Source: Craspedostauros australis
Lineage: Eukaryota
Assembly (NCBI GenBank): GCA_030167865.1
Contig: JALAGF010003324.1
Span: 1 to 48,534, forward strand
Direction: 5' to 3'
DNA length: 48,534 nt
Shown piece after piece: positions 45,296-48,534 of this stretch; the stretch's first letter is position 1; each line of letters opens with the position of its first letter. The translations under genes and the position numbers were made by a program. The notes under the pieces were generated by a model. The model ran no database searches and was not told the origin of the DNA. It saw only the letters and a list, made by a program, of their open reading frames with translations.

Positions 45296-45369
45296 CACAA
45301 ACATCACAGACATCACAGACATCACAAACATCACAAACATCACGAACATCACGAACATCACGAACATCA
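45296..45369. repeat. 9-bp tandem repeat (ACATCACRR, about 8 copies) between the divergent ABC1K and SAT genes
   Basis: Units such as acatcacag, acatcacaa and acatcacga are directly visible. Confidence 0.88.
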
Positions 45370-45507
45370 GAGAGCATCACTCCATCCATCCAACGACACA
45401 CAATCACCCCACAGATCCGAACGCACATCCACAAACACATCCAGCAACAAGTCCGATACGAGGAGCAACAGCAACCAATCTTATCTCACGTCATCATCAT
45501 CATCCCC

Positions 45508-47466
45508 ATGACCAGGACAGAGACTTCACTGAATCGAACGATGGCGCTGCTGTCACCATTCATCCTGTGGATGGCGATGACCTCGCCGCCGCATCCGGCA
45601 GCGGCATGGGTGGCACCGTCATCAGTCGCAAAGCCAACGGCTCCGTCCCATTTCCGCATTCCCTTTACCACCATCGGGCACTCGGAACTGCAACATCCCA
45701 CGCAATCACTCACGAAGCTCCGCATGTGCGACAATGATGATGGCGACAGCGACTCATCATTGTCATCATCGTCGCCGTCGCACACAAATGATGACTCCAA
45801 GAGCACCAACGGGAGCGCAGGCTTCAGCTACAACTTGGGGGTTGGGAAGCATGAACCCACTCAATTCAAGATCACAAAGCCATCGGACAATGTGAAGGCG
45901 AGCCAGGGCGCCAGTGACGGTACCGAACATCCGTCTCAAGCCCAATCCAATCAAGCGCGGGAAGAGGAGACCACCAACAGTGCGAGTGATAGCAACGATG
46001 CAACCGAAGCAACGAAGCCAGAGCTCCATTGGTACGCACCCAAACCTGTTCAGAAACCGGAAGATGAGTACGACGATGATCCAACTAGTGCCAATGACAG
46101 CACCAATGACAGCACCAATGACAGCACCAATGACAGCACCAATGACAGCACCAATGATCACAAGAAAGCAGACAACAACAACAACAACAACAACAACAAC
46201 ACCTTGAAGACCAAAACACGACGCAAGATGGTACTGCGAGACGAGGAATCGCGTTTCTTGAAGAGGGCACTGTGGCATGAAGACCACTTCGATCAATCGC
46301 AGAACAGTCGCCAGGATGATGCTCATGCAAACGCAAGTGCAAAGGCAGATGATCCAAAACAGGCACAAACGCCAACTCCGCCCAAGATTACAACCGTCAC
46401 GACGACGACTTCGGGATCCAGCACCACCAGCAGCAGCACGACGACTCAGGTGTCGCAAACGTCGCCTCCAGCAACACTAACAGCAACAGCATCAACACAG
46501 CCAGTCGCGTCGCAACCATCCGTGTTCTTCAACGAGAATGTGCCGACGAAGCCGTCGATCTTCTACCCGGACATTGATCTCAGCATCCCGTCGACTGTCT
46601 ACGATCCTGAGAACAACATCGACGCCGTGTGGGACCTCTTGCGGTGGGAGGCGTACCAGGAGGCGCAGCGCGAGCCTCTCCTCGTCAGCTTCTTGTATTC
46701 CAGCATCCTCAACCACCCCACGCTGGAATCCTCCCTCTCTTCCTTGCTCGCCAACCGCCTCAAAAGTCCAGCCATGATCTCGACCCAAGTCCAATCCCTC
46801 ATCATGGAGTCCTTCCGGCTCGATGACGAGATCTCGCGACGCGTGCGTGCCGACATCATGGCCGTGCGAGACCGCGATCCCGCCTGCACGTGCCTGCCCG
46901 ACGTCTTCCTGTACTTCAAGGGATTCCAAGCGCTGCAAACCTACCGCGTCGCCCACTCCCTCTGGATGAACGCCAACAAGCAGGTCCTGGCGCACTACCT
47001 CCAATCCCAAATGTCCCAGGTCTTCCAAATCGACATCCACCCCAACGCCACGCTGGGCAGCGGCATCATGCTGGACCACGGCACCGGCATCGTCATTGGC
47101 GAGACGGCACGCGTCGGGAACAACTGCAGCATCCTGCATCACGTCACCCTGGGCGGATCCGGCAAGAAAGGCGTCGACCGACATCCCAAGGTCGGCGACG
47201 GCGTCCTCCTCGGTGCCGGTGCCAGCGTGCTGGGCAACATCGTCCTCGGCGATGGCTGCCAGGTGGGTGCCGGCACGTTGCTCGTGGCCAATCTGCCGGC
47301 CCATTCCGTAGCGGTCGGTGTGCCGGCCAAGATCATCGGCAGATTCGTCGACGTGACGGAGCAGCCGTCCATCGGCATGAATCAGAACGTCATGGAGGCC
47401 CCGGGTATCACGACGGCCGGCGGCAAGAGTCGGAGGGGGTTGTTCGAGCAGTCGGATGGTATATGA
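45508..47466 (+). CDS. cysE: Serine O-acetyltransferase, probably plastid-targeted, with a very long N-terminal extension (652 aa; alternative start 45541)
   Basis: SATase N-domain VWDLLRWEA...EPLLVSFLYSSILNH...RDPAC...YFKGFQALQTYRVAH, hexapeptide beta-helix DIHPNATLGSGIMLDHGTGIVIGETA...VTLGGSGK...DRHPKVG, and C-terminal DGI. The presequence is MALLSPFILWMAMTSPPHPAAA|WVAP. Confidence 0.95.
   Translation: MTRTETSLNRTMALLSPFILWMAMTSPPHPAAAWVAPSSVAKPTAPSHFRIPFTTIGHSELQHPTQSLTKLRMCDNDDGDSDSSLSSSSPSHTNDDSKSTNGSAGFSYNLGVGKHEPTQFKITKPSDNVKASQGASDGTEHPSQAQSNQAREEETTNSASDSNDATEATKPELHWYAPKPVQKPEDEYDDDPTSANDSTNDSTNDSTNDSTNDSTNDHKKADNNNNNNNNNTLKTKTRRKMVLRDEESRFLKRALWHEDHFDQSQNSRQDDAHANASAKADDPKQAQTPTPPKITTVTTTTSGSSTTSSSTTTQVSQTSPPATLTATASTQPVASQPSVFFNENVPTKPSIFYPDIDLSIPSTVYDPENNIDAVWDLLRWEAYQEAQREPLLVSFLYSSILNHPTLESSLSSLLANRLKSPAMISTQVQSLIMESFRLDDEISRRVRADIMAVRDRDPACTCLPDVFLYFKGFQALQTYRVAHSLWMNANKQVLAHYLQSQMSQVFQIDIHPNATLGSGIMLDHGTGIVIGETARVGNNCSILHHVTLGGSGKKGVDRHPKVGDGVLLGAGASVLGNIVLGDGCQVGAGTLLVANLPAHSVAVGVPAKIIGRFVDVTEQPSIGMNQNVMEAPGITTAGGKSRRGLFEQSDGI
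46090..46200 (+). repeat. Coding repeats in the SAT extension: 12-bp unit (STND, about 5 copies) followed by an (AAC)n poly-Asn run
   Basis: CACCAATGACAG tandem copies at about 46090-46157 and an AAC run at about 46174-46200. Confidence 0.9.
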
Positions 47467-48193
47467 TCATCATCACGACACAGCACAACTCGACACAACT
47501 CGACACAATCCATTATAATACATTGCATTGCATGATGATATTGTGCATGTTATGGTGTTGCAGTATGACCGTAGCGATCGTGCCTTGATTGGTAGTCTAC
47601 CTCTAATCAACAATCAACAACATCTATCGAGGTCGTATTTGCCATCCCATGCATGCAACAGGTCTCTGGAGAGCAAGAGAGAGCCTCATGGAATGGAACA
47701 GCGGTGCCTTCGAAGAACGTTGTCGCCACAGGATCCATCCTCTTGCAAACATGCACCAGGGCGAGCGCCGAAGAAATCTTCTGGGTATCCCTTTACGACC
47801 TATCGCCCAATAATTGGGCGATAAACAAATCGAAATCAGTTATTCAAACTTTTGACCCCAACGCCTACGAGTGGGAACCTCTTTTCTTTACATATTATTA
47901 ATCTTCTCGAGCTCCTCTTTCCAACCATGCTATCACATTTATATGTCTGTTACTGTCTTTAGGTTGATATAGTTGCCTAAAGTACTCGTGAATCGATTTT
48001 GAGCTGCGGGACTGTNGCTCATTCCATTGGCGAGACGCGAATCGCCAAATTGGCGAGGTCGCATTTTCGTTTTTCGAATCCGCTTCCTTGCCAACACCCA
48101 CACGTCATGCCTTTGTTGTTACGTATCAGCATGCCTGTTGCTACTAATGTGCTGCTTGCGGGTTGTGGTGCCTGCTTCTCTTACCGTGCAACG

Positions 48194-48534
48194 AGCATCG
48201 CATCATGTGAGCATCACAACATCGCAACATCACAGGATGGCTGCATCACAACATCGCAACATTGTAACATCACAATATTGTAGCATCGCAGGTTCACAAC
48301 ATCGCAGCATCACAGCATCACGGCATCACAGCATCCCAACATCACAGCGTCACAGCATTGCAAGATCGCAGCATCACAGCATCCCAACATCGCAGCATCA
48401 CATCATCGCAGCGTTACAGCATTGCAGTGTCACAGCATCACAGCATCGCGGCATCGCAAGATTACAGCATCACAGCATCCCAACATCGCAGCATCACATC
48501 ATTGCAGCGTCACACCATCACAGCATCGCGGCAT
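48194..48534. repeat. Degenerate 8-bp satellite (CATCRCAG-type) running off the window end
   Basis: About 40 imperfect 8-mer units, e.g. catcacag, catcgcag, catcccaa and cattgcag. Confidence 0.9.

Noticed and set aside
48194-48534. Terminal repeat considered as a telomere
   Set aside because: The unit is degenerate and does not resemble TTAGGG-type telomeric repeats.

Overview
Eukaryotic nuclear DNA, not prokaryotic. It is most likely a diatom, inferred from bipartite plastid-targeting presequences, GT-AG introns, and gene families typical of diatoms. About 13 protein-coding genes are supported, many in head-to-head pairs: an OTU-type cysteine protease with a signal-like N-terminus, an LRRC40-like LRR protein, a 2865-aa C2/DENN/WD40 protein, a spliced secretory EF-hand protein, an RVxF-motif hypothetical protein, a spliced silaffin-like secreted precursor, a plastid-type mTERF protein, ALG11, two spliced CRAL-TRIO-like paralogues (one with DUF6824), a type II membrane LRR protein, a plastid ABC1K kinase and a plastid serine acetyltransferase. 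An 8-bp satellite runs off the right end. Three observations stand out. (1) Splicing of the 20619-21909 gene reveals an exon absent from the ORF track, giving signal peptide / acidic propeptide / PTS-rich + pentalysine domain / RHL site / acidic silacidin-like tail. (2) The mTERF protein appears fused to a NUMOD1-like HTH and a degenerate RNase H fold. (3) The OTU deubiquitinase carries a presequence compatible with periplastidal or plastid targeting. All domain calls are by-eye motif recognition, and exon structures are inferred from splice consensus and frame. No database searches were run. I found no rRNA, tRNA, CRISPR array or intact transposon.
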